The position numbers and the translations under genes were made by a program. Below the pieces are notes generated by a model that was not told the DNA's origin, ran no database searches, and saw only the letters and a program-made list of their open reading frames with translations. A stretch of DNA of 63,735 nucleotides, counting the filler, from Lenisia limosa (lineage: Eukaryota; Protista; Breviatea), in the NCBI GenBank assembly GCA_001655205.1. It is 13 parts of 13 records of this genome, joined end to end, with 100 filler letters (N's around TTAATTAATTAA, not from the genome) between each part and the next. Parts side by side here need not be neighbours in the genome. Positions count along the whole stretch, not along the records: positions 1 to 4,527 come from LPNZ01003262.1; positions 4,628 to 9,019 come from LPNZ01008294.1; positions 9,120 to 11,082 come from LPNZ01008637.1; 10 more parts are not named here. One strand, written 5' to 3'. Shown here piece after piece: positions 1 to 10,313 of this stretch. Each line of letters begins with the position of its first letter. Position 1 is the stretch's first letter.

Positions 1-89
1 CTGCTCTTCATGATATCTACTTTTAAAAAAATCAAAGTATAGATTTTTTGTATTTTCTGCACCCCCAGTATATTTCCCTTTCTCACCTC

Positions 90-1030
90 CTTCGCAGCTG
101 TAGACTCGATAAGAACATTCGAACCAGCCCTTCAACGCTGGTGATGGCAAACTACTCACGTATCATCCCAGTCACCATTGTGTCAATGAAAGGGTGGGAC
201 ATTGCTGCTTTGTAGATGAATGGTGCTGGAAAGCTCATTTATTATTATTATTATAATTATTCTGAAGGACAGCGTTTTTAACATTCCAGGGAATACCGAA
301 TAGTTGCTGACATGAAGGACTTGGAAAAGGACTTTTATCTTTACGGTATGATAGCGAGGGGATTGCGTCGTTCTCTTCCATGTTCTCTGACCGTGAGAGA
401 AATATTTTTCCAATTTTTCACCCCCGTCCTCTTTGATTCTCCACATTGACCACTATTGACATTCCAGGTGTATGCAAACTGCCCACAAGTTCGTCTGTCA
501 AAGTAGGAGCCCTTATTTTGATCTTGAATATTCATCATCAAGAGTGGCTACCGTTTTCACTTAAAACTGACTGTTTAGTTGTTACTTCGCTTCAAGGAGA
601 ACTACAATTGCCTTGTTATAGAGATACCCTTCTAGCTTTTGTATTTTATGGTTCGTCTTTCTTGTTGATTTCGGAATGGTATTTTTTTGGAGAGGTTTAA
701 TATATTGGTATTATTTTTCAAATATTTAAATATAACGATATATATATACTACATATCAAACAACTTATTATTCAACAACTCAGCCAAAATGTGTTCAGTC
801 AGTCAGTTAACTTTCTGGGGGGGAGGGGGGTGTAAGCCTTCCATTGAAGCCTGGGACATGTCAGCTGAGCAACAATAGGCATGGCAAGCAACTCGAGCCG
901 GGGCTGGCGAAATTCACTTGGCGGAACTAAAACGAGATAAGACGCACATGAATTGAATTCATGAGTAAACCATTTTATAAGAGCATCACTGATGCGATTC
1001 AAAAAGAAAAAGCAAGGAGCGTATGGCGAA
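90..1030 (-). CDS. Unassigned exon fragments downstream of the TLP core (C-terminal extension or separate gene)
   Basis: Several ag/gt-bounded open segments, e.g. RISDALIKWFTHEFNSC, VPPSEFRQPRLELLAMP, WSMWRIKEDGENMEENDAIPSLSYRK, APFIYKAAMSHPFIDTMVTGMI. Frames are ambiguous. Confidence 0.35.
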
Positions 1031-1255
1031 ACAAAGTCACGCGAACATTCTGACCCAGGATTCATCGATACCTTCGTTTTCGATATTGCTTTCGTTTTAC
1101 CCCCCCCCCCCNNNNNNNNNNNNNNNNNNNNNNNNNNNNNNNNNNNNNNNNNNNNNNNNNNNNNNNNNNNNNNNNNNNNNNNNNNNNNNNNNNNNNNNNN
1201 NNNNNNNNNNNNNNNNNNNNNNNNNNNNNNNNNNNNNNNNNNNNNNNNNNNNNNN

Positions 1256-2646
1256 TAGGTTTACAGAGGGACCCATAGCAGAAATGAGGTGCTAAATCAT
1301 GCCAATCCATGCCCGCCTCCATGATCAATCTGCAATATTATGGGATGAAATATTGCTTATTTTGGCCTGAAATAGGAATTTAATACATCAATCACAACAG
1401 CAAAACTATCTTATTGTAAGAATCAAGGAGAAAAAAAACAGGATCTCTTCAAAACTGATAAACGACGAGCAAACGATAAGAAAAGAAAGGGTAACATAAG
1501 ATCGATCAATATCTAATAATAAGGAAGAACCACAGCCCAGCAACTCCCCATGTCACACTTTTCTTTGACTTCGTCTTGGTTCAAGCCATGAATGCCTTCG
1601 TGGCCAAGAAGCGACTGGCCCAACATACTACGAAAGTTAGAATTGGAACATTCCGTCGTAATAGAATCTAAGATGTAAAACAAAGCAAAATTGAGAAAAA
1701 ATAAAGGGAGCATTTGTAGGACGCTGTCCATCACACCACAAAATATTGTTATTCAGTAGAGATTATAAGCCTTGGTAATAATCTTTTCAATCAAGTATCA
1801 TGTCTATATTAAGCTTTACCAAAAAATGGCCAGCTACCTACTTGATCGAATTGCGAGACGTAACTCGAAGACGCCATCTATTAGTCAATTCATGTTGCTT
1901 GTGACATTGTGCATATGATCATATACTGTAATTGCCAACCTGCTACCCCCTCCCTACTCAAGGTTTTGTTTGACATTCTCGATAGAAGGCATATTAGCAA
2001 CCCGACAGTCGAAATAAGGTGCAAAATCTAGCGTGTTAGAAAAGAGGTGATTTAACAAAAAATAGTTTGCATATATTTCATTCCAACCTTCAAAGAACTG
2101 TAAAATGGGCTTATTTGCAAAAGTTCCCGAAAACCCTGCATGCTTCAAATGAGTGTTAAATCTCGAAGTTAAATACCCTGAAACTTCACTGCAGAGCTTC
2201 ATCATCTGTCAGGTGAGAAACATTTTTCGAGATATTTAGTCTTTTGTACTGTTAAGAAACCCAACATTATTGTATACAGTGAAAGAAAGTAGAATATTAA
2301 AGAGACTTTTCAAATGAGATTGGACACAATGACTCGTTCTACATGACTTTCAGAATGCCTCAATCTATTACTAGTATGAAAGAAAGTAGGGGGATACTGT
2401 GAGTCCACCATACCCTGGACTTGGCCGGGGGGCATCCCGTCTGATTGGCACTGTCAAAAATGAGACTAATCTCATCGGACGCACAGTACACTGCAGCAGC
2501 ACTGAAATGTACCAACCCATCCTGCAGCGTGAACACTGATTAAAGACTGCATCAGAGTAATTCATGTTATGTAGAAATTTAATAATGAAAACACTTTTGA
2601 GATGTCAACAAAACAACATTTCAATAATACGAATATTCCTTTCTGC

Positions 2647-2677
<31 letters not shown>

Positions 2678-2980
2678 CTGTGCAGTAGCAAGCATAGTGG
2701 CTGCAAATCGAGAGTCGAACGGACGGTTCATTGCTACGTGGTGAAGCTGAGTGAAAACTGCACTTCTGCCATGCAATTAACGGAGGAAACTTCATATACA
2801 TGGTGTACCTAGCTATAGAGCTGTACCATTCCAAGCCCCGTCTAACCGTACGTGAGCTGTTTGAAATGACAGCCGTCTGCACGTGCGATGTACGGGAGTT
2901 CTCGGTTGAGGTAGCCTTCAGAGTGCTTCTCAATGTCCTGAAGGGGGTCAACTGTGAATGGAATAGAAGTTGCAATGTCA
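1256..2980 (-). CDS. Thg1-like protein (TLP; 3'-5' polymerase / tRNA-His guanylyltransferase family), multi-exon core; true ends uncertain
   Basis: Manually spliced exons (2847-2980, 2678-2733, about 2390-2530, about 1960-2205, about 1840-1880, about 1560-1630, about 1256-1330) give YIARADGCHFKQLTYAMNRPFDSRFAATMLATAQ..AVYCASDEISLIFD..KLCSEVSGYLTSRFN..YFDCRVANMP..EWRLRVTSRNSI..GHEGIHG..GMDWHDL. These match the family motifs RxDG, SDE, FDxR and WR..RNS. Confidence 0.85.
2648..2677. repeat. (CA)n microsatellite; forms the 5' end of a TLP intron as (GT)n
   Basis: acacatacacacacacacacacacacacac, directly after the minus-strand donor. Confidence 0.9.
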
Positions 2981-4989
2981 CTTGAGGGAAAAGGGAAATG
3001 AGAAAAGTAAAGAGCATAGCAAAGACCAATCAAATCTGTCCTTCCGTCCCACAATATCATATCATTTGTCTTTGTTTCCTCATTTTTACCGAATTTCCTT
3101 CGTTCACCCNNNNNNNNNNNNNNNNNNNNNNNNNNNNNNNNNNNNNNNNNNNNNNNNNNNNNNNNNNNNNNNNNNNNNNNNNNNNNNNNNNNNNNNNNNN
3201 NNNNNNNNNNNNNNNNNNNNNNNNNNNNNNNNNNNNNNNNNNNNNNNNNNNNNNNNNNNNNNNNNNNNNNNNNNNNNNNNNNNNNNNNNNNNNNNNNNAT
3301 ATCCCTTTGTAACAACAATGTATTAACCCACCATTTAGAAGCCTCCAATTCGACGGAAGGTTCACACTTGGTTGTACAAAAGGGATCATGTCACACAATA
3401 ATGAAGAATCCCAAATTCCCCAAAATAGGAGCAGATACTTTTAATGCGCCATCAAGTAGTACAGCGCACGACTGCTGGGAAAAGGACAAGAAGCTTTGCT
3501 CTAACCACCGAATAGATGATGTAACGTGTGATCGTGTGATATATTGATATATAATATGAAAGGGGGGAGTGGTAGGGAAAGAAAGAAACAAGGCTTCGCT
3601 TCGTCCATGCTGCATTTTTATAAAAATGCACACTCCATGTATATTCTTATTTTTGAATGAAGCAGTGGAAGCAGAAGAGGGCCTCATCTGCCTCATCGTT
3701 TTCAGTGTCTCAGTGGATTGTTTTCCGCAGGTTTTCTGGGCTTTTTACAGCTTACATTGCAGTTTTTCAATTTTGCTTGAGTTTTTCAGATTCAGTTTTT
3801 GTCAATCCTACCTTCCCCTTCGAGCCTGCTGATTTCACTCCCTATCACAACTGCATTAAAGGCGTGAAGCAGAATTAAATATTACTTAACAATTGAAACG
3901 ACAAGATGTTATGAAGGACAGTGAAGTGACAGACAAGGTTTCTGGTCGTCACTTCATTTCTTAATAGGTGGGCGAGACAGAGTGCGTTGAGGGCCTTCAT
4001 TATGAAGGTTTTTTTCCCCCATTCATATTAAGGATTAGCAACACAATCAAACACGCTTCTTGTTGAGTTGCTTGACTTTTCCTCAGCGTCCCTCCGAATT
4101 CCCCATTAACCAGCATGAAACAGCGGAAGTTGAAAAAGGTCCCACCAGCCGGTATGCGGGGTAATGATATAGGAGTCATTTAAAGGATACTTTTGGTCAC
4201 TATACTAAGGGGGTGGGGCCTTGGAATTCCTTAATATTATTATTGGTATCTATCTCTATCATTTTTTTTTTTGGTATTTTTGGGGGAATGGATGCTGCTT
4301 TGTTTGGGGTTAGTTGTAAGTAATATTTGACCATGTTAAACCAATAGATGATGCTAAACCTAGATATGATGTAATACTAATTCAATATTCCATCGTTGTT
4401 GTATTTCTTGGTTTGTTGTTTGAGTTTACACGTATTCCAATTTTGTTGTGGTGATAACAGGGCTTTATAGAATATGATTGTCTTTTTTTGATTCACATCT
4501 GGTTTTTATTATTTTATTTATTTTTTGNNNNNNNNNNNNNNNNNNNNNNNNNNNNNNNNNNNNNNNNNNNNTTAATTAATTAANNNNNNNNNNNNNNNNN
4601 NNNNNNNNNNNNNNNNNNNNNNNNNNNTAAATAATATTTCTAGAGAAATATGTGGATATAGTTAAATATATAAGTAGCATGAGTAATATTAGTAGAATTA
4701 GTAGTATAAGGTTGTATCTGGCCGAAGCCGTCTACACCATCACGCTAATAAGCGATATTGGATTATAAAAAATTTAATCATTAGCGTTACAACTTTGTAC
4801 ACACAGCTTTATACGTGCCTTCCCAGCATACGGTAGAAGTAATATGAGCAATATAAGTCAGTAAAAAATATATCAGTAGCATAGTGTAAGTAGTATAATA
4901 GTAGTGTAAACAGCTTTTTTTTTTATTATAATTTTGGTATTATAAGTAATATCAATGTAGTAGAGAAAGCAAATAGTGTGAGTATCATC

Positions 4990-7900
4990 ATACCCCACAC
5001 ACCAAGGTAGTAAACAGGCTGTTCAAACAGGAAAATGAGCTGGCTGGCATCGTAAATGAATAGGAAGCTTGGCAGAACCGGAGTACCCGGGCACTGGCAT
5101 TCTCCTAAGGGGGGGGGGAGTAAAACGAAGGAAACTTCGATGAAGAATACTGGTGTAAAGGGACTAATCAAATACCGAATAATCTGCAACTCCAAACAAA
5201 AAAACAAGCAATAACAAACACGAGCAAACGAAGGAAAACTCGATGAAGAATATTGGTATAATTGGAATAAAGAAAATTACAGCCCAAAATCTTATAAAAA
5301 AAAGGGGGGATATTAGATTNNNNNNNNNNNNNNNNNNNNNNNNNNNNNNNNNNNNNNNNNNNNNNNNNNNNNNNNNNNNNNNNNNNNNNNNNNNNNNNNN
5401 NNNNNNNNNNNNNNNNNNNNNNNNNNNNNNNNNNNNNNNNNCTCCCTTTACTAAAACAAAACAAAAAACAACACTGTGGAAAAACTCCCCATCAAACAAC
5501 GGTCCACCATGAGTAATGCACCATATAACGGTTTGAAATGCATATTAACGCAATAATAATCAACAAATACGTATAGTGTATTCTCAAACATATCCCAAGC
5601 CATATCATATGCACTTTACTGAGGCTTCCCTACAGTCCCAAAAAAGACTGAATTTCTCGATAAATACTCGATAAATAACGATAGTTTACCGGTCCTTTTC
5701 GGACCGTAGGGAAGCCCAATTTACACCCCCCCCCCCCAACCATTANNNNNNNNNNNNNNNNNNNNNNNNNNNNNNNNNNNNNNNNNNNNNNNNNNNNNNN
5801 NNNNNNNNNNNNNNNNNNNNNNNNNNNNNNNNNNNNNNNNNNNNNNNNNNNNNNNNNNNNNNNNNNNNNNNNNNNNNNNNNNNNNNNNNNNNNNNNNNNN
5901 NNNNNNNNNNNNNNNNNNNNNNNNNNNNNNNNNNNNNNNNNNNNNNNTAAAAAAAAAAACAACTCTGTAACAAAAAAGGCAAACTCAACTGTGTAACAAA
6001 CATGTCAGTCTTAAGAGTGGACAACTAATCAAATCCGGCCTATTTCTTGATGATTGATACTCAAATTGATGAATATCTGATCTTACAATAAAAGAATGTT
6101 TGAGATTTACGAGTTTTAGTCCCCACATACCGAGAGAGAGTACTTGGAGATTTCGAACGATTTGAGCACGTATACTTCAGCAACGAATTGCTGGGGGTGT
6201 TAGCGAGGGGAGGGGCGTACAATTGGACAATTTCTGTAACAAAAATAAAAGCCGAAATCAACCCTGTTGGCTGACAACACAAGAGGGTAACCCCCCCCCN
6301 NNNNNNNNNNNNNNNNNNNNNNNNNNNNNNNNNNNNNNNNNNNNNNNNNCAACAGGGACAACTTCGGTGACAAAACCCATGCCTTCAACAGCGGCGGTGA
6401 TGGTGACGATCGTGTCGGGATCGGGGTCGGTGATGCTGAGGAACGAGAAAACCTTGTTGGTTGCAGTGTTGTCCAGGATTAGAGCCTGGTGAGTGAGTGG
6501 AATTTAAGAATTAATGTAATAAAATGGGTAAGATAATTAAAATGAACTGAACTGAACTGCCCATCACCAACCTTGGTTTGGACCACAGACGTGTTGTCAC
6601 GGGTGTTGGTCACAATTCCGGTGCGGATGACGGGGTCGTTTGTGCCAATTTCTACGGGGGGGGGGGNNNNNNNNNNNNNNNNNNNNNNNNAGATAGCATA
6701 TAAATAGGGCTTCGGCTCGAGAAATCCTCGAAAACTAACGATAAATTACCAGTTAAGTGAAGGCCAATATAATAGAGAAATATAGTAGTACTTTCAATAT
6801 ACTATACATTACAATATTTACATCAGATGATTATGTACAAATAGCGCTTCTCTTCGGTTCGACAAAAGACTAAATTTCTCGATAAATCCTCGAAAACTAT
6901 CGATATTTACCAGAATTTTTCGAGCCGAAGTGAAGCCCTATGTACAAAAACTTAACAAGAATGGATAGTAGCAGAGAAGTCTCCAATGAAAGGAGCGGAT
7001 ACGATGATTGCATTCATTTATTTGATCTTATGCTATCATTTCGTACAGTGACCGGGATAAACCAATTTTCCTTGGGAAATCATATCAAATCGGTCAAGAC
7101 TTATCCCAGTCACCGTACATAAAAGTCCTGACACGGAATTTGAGCTTTATCTTAAGTTATCGTATCAAGACTACAACAGCCTGCGTATGACTACATTAGG
7201 TCTATGTATGGTATTGATAATTACAATTTTAAAATGCATAAACAATAATCACTTACGGATAGTTACGGAGAAGTCTCCATTGAAATGATCAGATACGATG
7301 ATAACCATTTCTTTCAGCTCGAAGTTGAGCACGGCGGGGGACGACATGGACTATAAGGGTGAGATATTTGGGGAAAGTGAAAAACAATGCTGGGGTGAAA
7401 TAAGGGGAAATTTGTGAAAGGTGTGGTGGGTATCATAAACAAAAACAAAACAAAGGAAATTTCAATGATGAACGCGAAATAAAGGTACCCAATTGAGAAA
7501 TTTAAAGCAGGACTTGGTGTTTCCTTTGTTCCCTTCGTTTACCCCTCCAAAAGATATAAGCGGATATTAATAGCCCCCCCNNNNNNNNNNNNNNNNNNNN
7601 NNNNNNNNNNNNNNNNNNNNNNNNNNNNNNNNNNNNNNNNNNNNNNNNNNNNNNNNNNNNNNNNNNNNNNNNNNNNNNNNNNNNNNNNNNNNNNNNNNNN
7701 NNNNNNNNNNNNNNNNNNNNNNNNNNNNNNNNNNNNNNNNNNNNNNNNNNNNNNNNNNNNNNTACGTAACCCGGCTCACAAAACCCGCGCACAAGAATCC
7801 CAAGTCAATACGCCGTAGTGTAATACTACCCCCCCCCTACAGAGACAGACGGAGATACAGTGTGACTGCCGAGACGAATCGAAACGGCCTCGTGACTTGA

Positions 7901-8320
7901 GAAAACGGCCCAGGTTATGGGAGAGAATGATCCAAGAGATTTCCCCTCATTCTAAGGGGGCGGTGAGAGCGCTGATTGTTTTGACAATTGTCAAGTTTCA
8001 GATTGATTCAAAATTGAATATCCCCCCCCCCCCTCNNNNNNNNNNNNNNNNNNNNNNNNNNNNNNNNNNNNNNNNNNNNNNNNNNNNNNNNNNNNNNNNN
8101 NNNNNNNNNNNNNNNNNNNNNNNNNNNNNNNNNNNNNNNNNNACAATCTGAAGGGGTGAGGTGGGCACAGACAAGTAAAATGGGAATATTTATAAAACAA
8201 AAAGCCCAAAATCAACACTGTTGGCTTGTAATACACGAGGGTAAAATCAACAAAACAAACAAAATCGACTCCGCCCACCCGCACATAAACGCTATCATAT
8301 GATCTGGCTAATCTCATTGT
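4990..8320 (-). CDS. Fragmented multi-exon gene, probable secreted or surface protein with a beta-sandwich (cadherin/Ig-like) repeat
   Basis: Exons with canonical boundaries: EIGTNDPVIRTGIVTNTRDNTSVVQTK (about 6570-6652), ALILDNTATNKVFSFLSITDPDPDTIVTITAAVEGMGFVTEVVPV (6350-6487), GECQCPGTPVLP (about 5010-5104), SMSSPAVLNFELKEMVIIVSD (about 7270-7348). Interrupted by many N gaps. Confidence 0.4.
5105..5300. repeat. Dispersed repeat family D with a G/C-run end
   Basis: (G)nGTAAAACGAAGGAAATTTCGATGAAGAATATTGG..CCGAATAATCTG.AACTCCAAAC; copies at 1050-1111, 3060-3109, 5105-5300 (head duplicated at about 100-nt period), 50207-50340 and 53108-53160. Confidence 0.75.
7046..7115. mobile_element. Tc1/mariner-type MITE family E (70-85 bp)
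   Basis: TA|CAGTGACCGGGATAA..TTATCCCAGTCACCG|TA; further copies at about 9587-9663, about 10165-10226 and 56265-56346. Confidence 0.75.
8148..8278 (-). repeat. Dispersed intronic repeat family C (about 130 nt); this copy fills a whole predicted intron
   Basis: Consensus GCGGTGCTGCAGAAGCGACTGGCCTGGGCTTTGTTTGTTTTG..AACCCTCGTGTGTTGTCAGCCAACAGAGTTGATTTTGGGCTTTTTTGTTTCATAAATTTTCCAATTTTAC(C)n; about 18 copies in the window. Confidence 0.85.
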
Positions 8321-9252
8321 GTTTACTTTATATTTAGTAGAGTATCCCTATGTATTTATTTGTTTCCCTAAATTTTTAAAAATGCATATTATCGTGGGCA
8401 CGGAATGTGATAATTTGTTTATGGTTTCCATATCGATATAAATTTATTCGTTTCCCTAGATTTCTAATGCATATACCGATATTATTATTTCTCTTTTCAA
8501 AAAAAAAAAAAATCTTTTCACAATATCTTGGATGAAAAATCAGAAAGCAACAGTAGCAAATAAACCCATACCCTCGTCCCCTTACTATAATCATATAATG
8601 TTCTNNNNNNNNNNNNNNNNNNNNNNNNNNNNNNNNNNNNNNNNNNNNNNNNNNNNNNNNNNNNNNNNNNNNNNNNNNNNNNNNNNNNNNNNNNNNNNNN
8701 NNNNNNNNNNNNNNNNNNNNNNNNNNNNNNNNNNNNNNNNNNNNNNNNNNNNNNNNNNNNNTAATTTTAATCTAAAGGAAACTAGCTCAGACCATTAAAC
8801 GTTGTTTAGTGTTGCACAAGTAGAAGATCCTCACTTCGGTTCCAAAATGGACTGAATTTCTCGATGAATCCTCGAAAAATATCGATATTTAATCGGTATT
8901 TTTCGAACCGAAGTGAAGCCCAAGGAAGTCCCATAGATTGTAGCATTGTCAGTTAGCAAGAATGGCAGGTTCATTGGCGACGTTCAATTGTTATTGTCCC
9001 TCCTCCATTCTTCCACCTCNNNNNNNNNNNNNNNNNNNNNNNNNNNNNNNNNNNNNNNNNNNNTTAATTAATTAANNNNNNNNNNNNNNNNNNNNNNNNN
9101 NNNNNNNNNNNNNNNNNNNTAACCTATGATATAAGGCTCGAGAGGAATGCAGTTTTACAAACCTGGACTACTCCTCTTGCAATATTTTAACACTTTCTAT
9201 AACACGACGGCGTCCCTTAGCAATGTTTAATTTTGTCCAATCACCTTTCTCA

Positions 9253-10313
9253 GGCCATGGTGAGGCATCGGAGGTGGAGCTTCAAGGAAACCTCTATTTT
9301 GGCGATGCGGATTCCCCAGCTCAAGATGCTAGTTGGGAGGGGTATTGCATGTACAGCGACCGGGATAAGTCTTGACTGATTTGCAATGTGATATACAGCG
9401 ACCGGGATAAGNNNNNNNNNNNNNNNNNNNNNNNNNNNNNNNNNNNNNNNNNNNNNNNNNNNNNNNNNNNNNNNNNNNNNNNNNNNNNNNNNNNNNNNNN
9501 NNNNNNNNNNNNNNNNNNNNNNNNNNNNNNNNNNNNNNNNNNNNNNNNNNNNNNNNNNNNACAGTGACCGGGATAAGTGTGATATACAGTGACCGGGATA
9601 AGTCTTGACCGATTTGCTATGGGATTTACCAAGGAAAATAGGTCAAGGCTTATCCTGCCACTGTCTATATCATATTGATATATTACTGCAGTATTGTTAG
9701 TCTTGTGTGTGTAGGGTAGTTGTGATATTATTTAAACAAGTCTGTTGATTTATGCCAAAAAAACACAAGTTCAAAAATATTTTAGCTTCAGTCAGATTCT
9801 ATTATCCAAAATCTCTTATAAGCGTGGTGGTGGACGGCTTCGGCCAGATACTCCATATTTTTATTGTCTATTTCTGTCACAACATCTCTAATTATTCCAG
9901 TGGTTCCTGTTGGTGGTGTAACTGCTTGGATCCCGGTTCCGGCCAACGCCGAGCCCCCACAAGGTATTATTATTTATTTATTATTTGCTTTTTTGGGGTT
10001 TTTTTTTTTTTGNNNNNNNNNNNNNNNNNNNNNNNNNNNNNNNNNNNNNNNNNNNNNNNNNNNNNNNNNNNNNNNNNNNNNNNNNNNNNNNNNNNNNNNN
10101 NNNNNNNNNNNNNNNNNNNNNNNNNNNNNNNNTGATTATTTCACTAGTGGATATGGGTCGACATTCTGACCGGGTAAGTCTTAACAGATTTGCGATATGA
10201 TTTCCGCCAAGACTATCCCGGCTACTTATCACAACGCTTCGAGCTCTCCTGCAATTTTCTCACACCTTAGGCTGGGTCATTTGTGACGGCCGCACCATTG
10301 AAAATGAAAAAAG
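9253..10313 (+). CDS. Partial gene containing a phage tail-collar-like domain
   Basis: Exons about 9253-9331, 9901-9963 and 10271-10313 splice in phase to ..YFGDADSPAQDAMVPVGGVTAWIPVPANAEPPQGWVICDGRTIENEK, matching the tail-collar pattern PvGti.afag..aP.GWl.CDG. Confidence 0.7.

Noticed and set aside
90-500. P-loop kinase (AAA_33/PNK-like) domain fused to the TLP
   Set aside because: The resemblance (SIVVNVENQR) appears in only one of several possible frames, that frame hits a stop, and no Walker A motif was found.
9901-10313. Bacterial or phage contamination as the source of the tail-collar and TLP sequences
   Set aside because: Both are interrupted by canonical introns. The tail-collar introns carry repeat families B and E, and family D lies in the introns flanking the TLP core.
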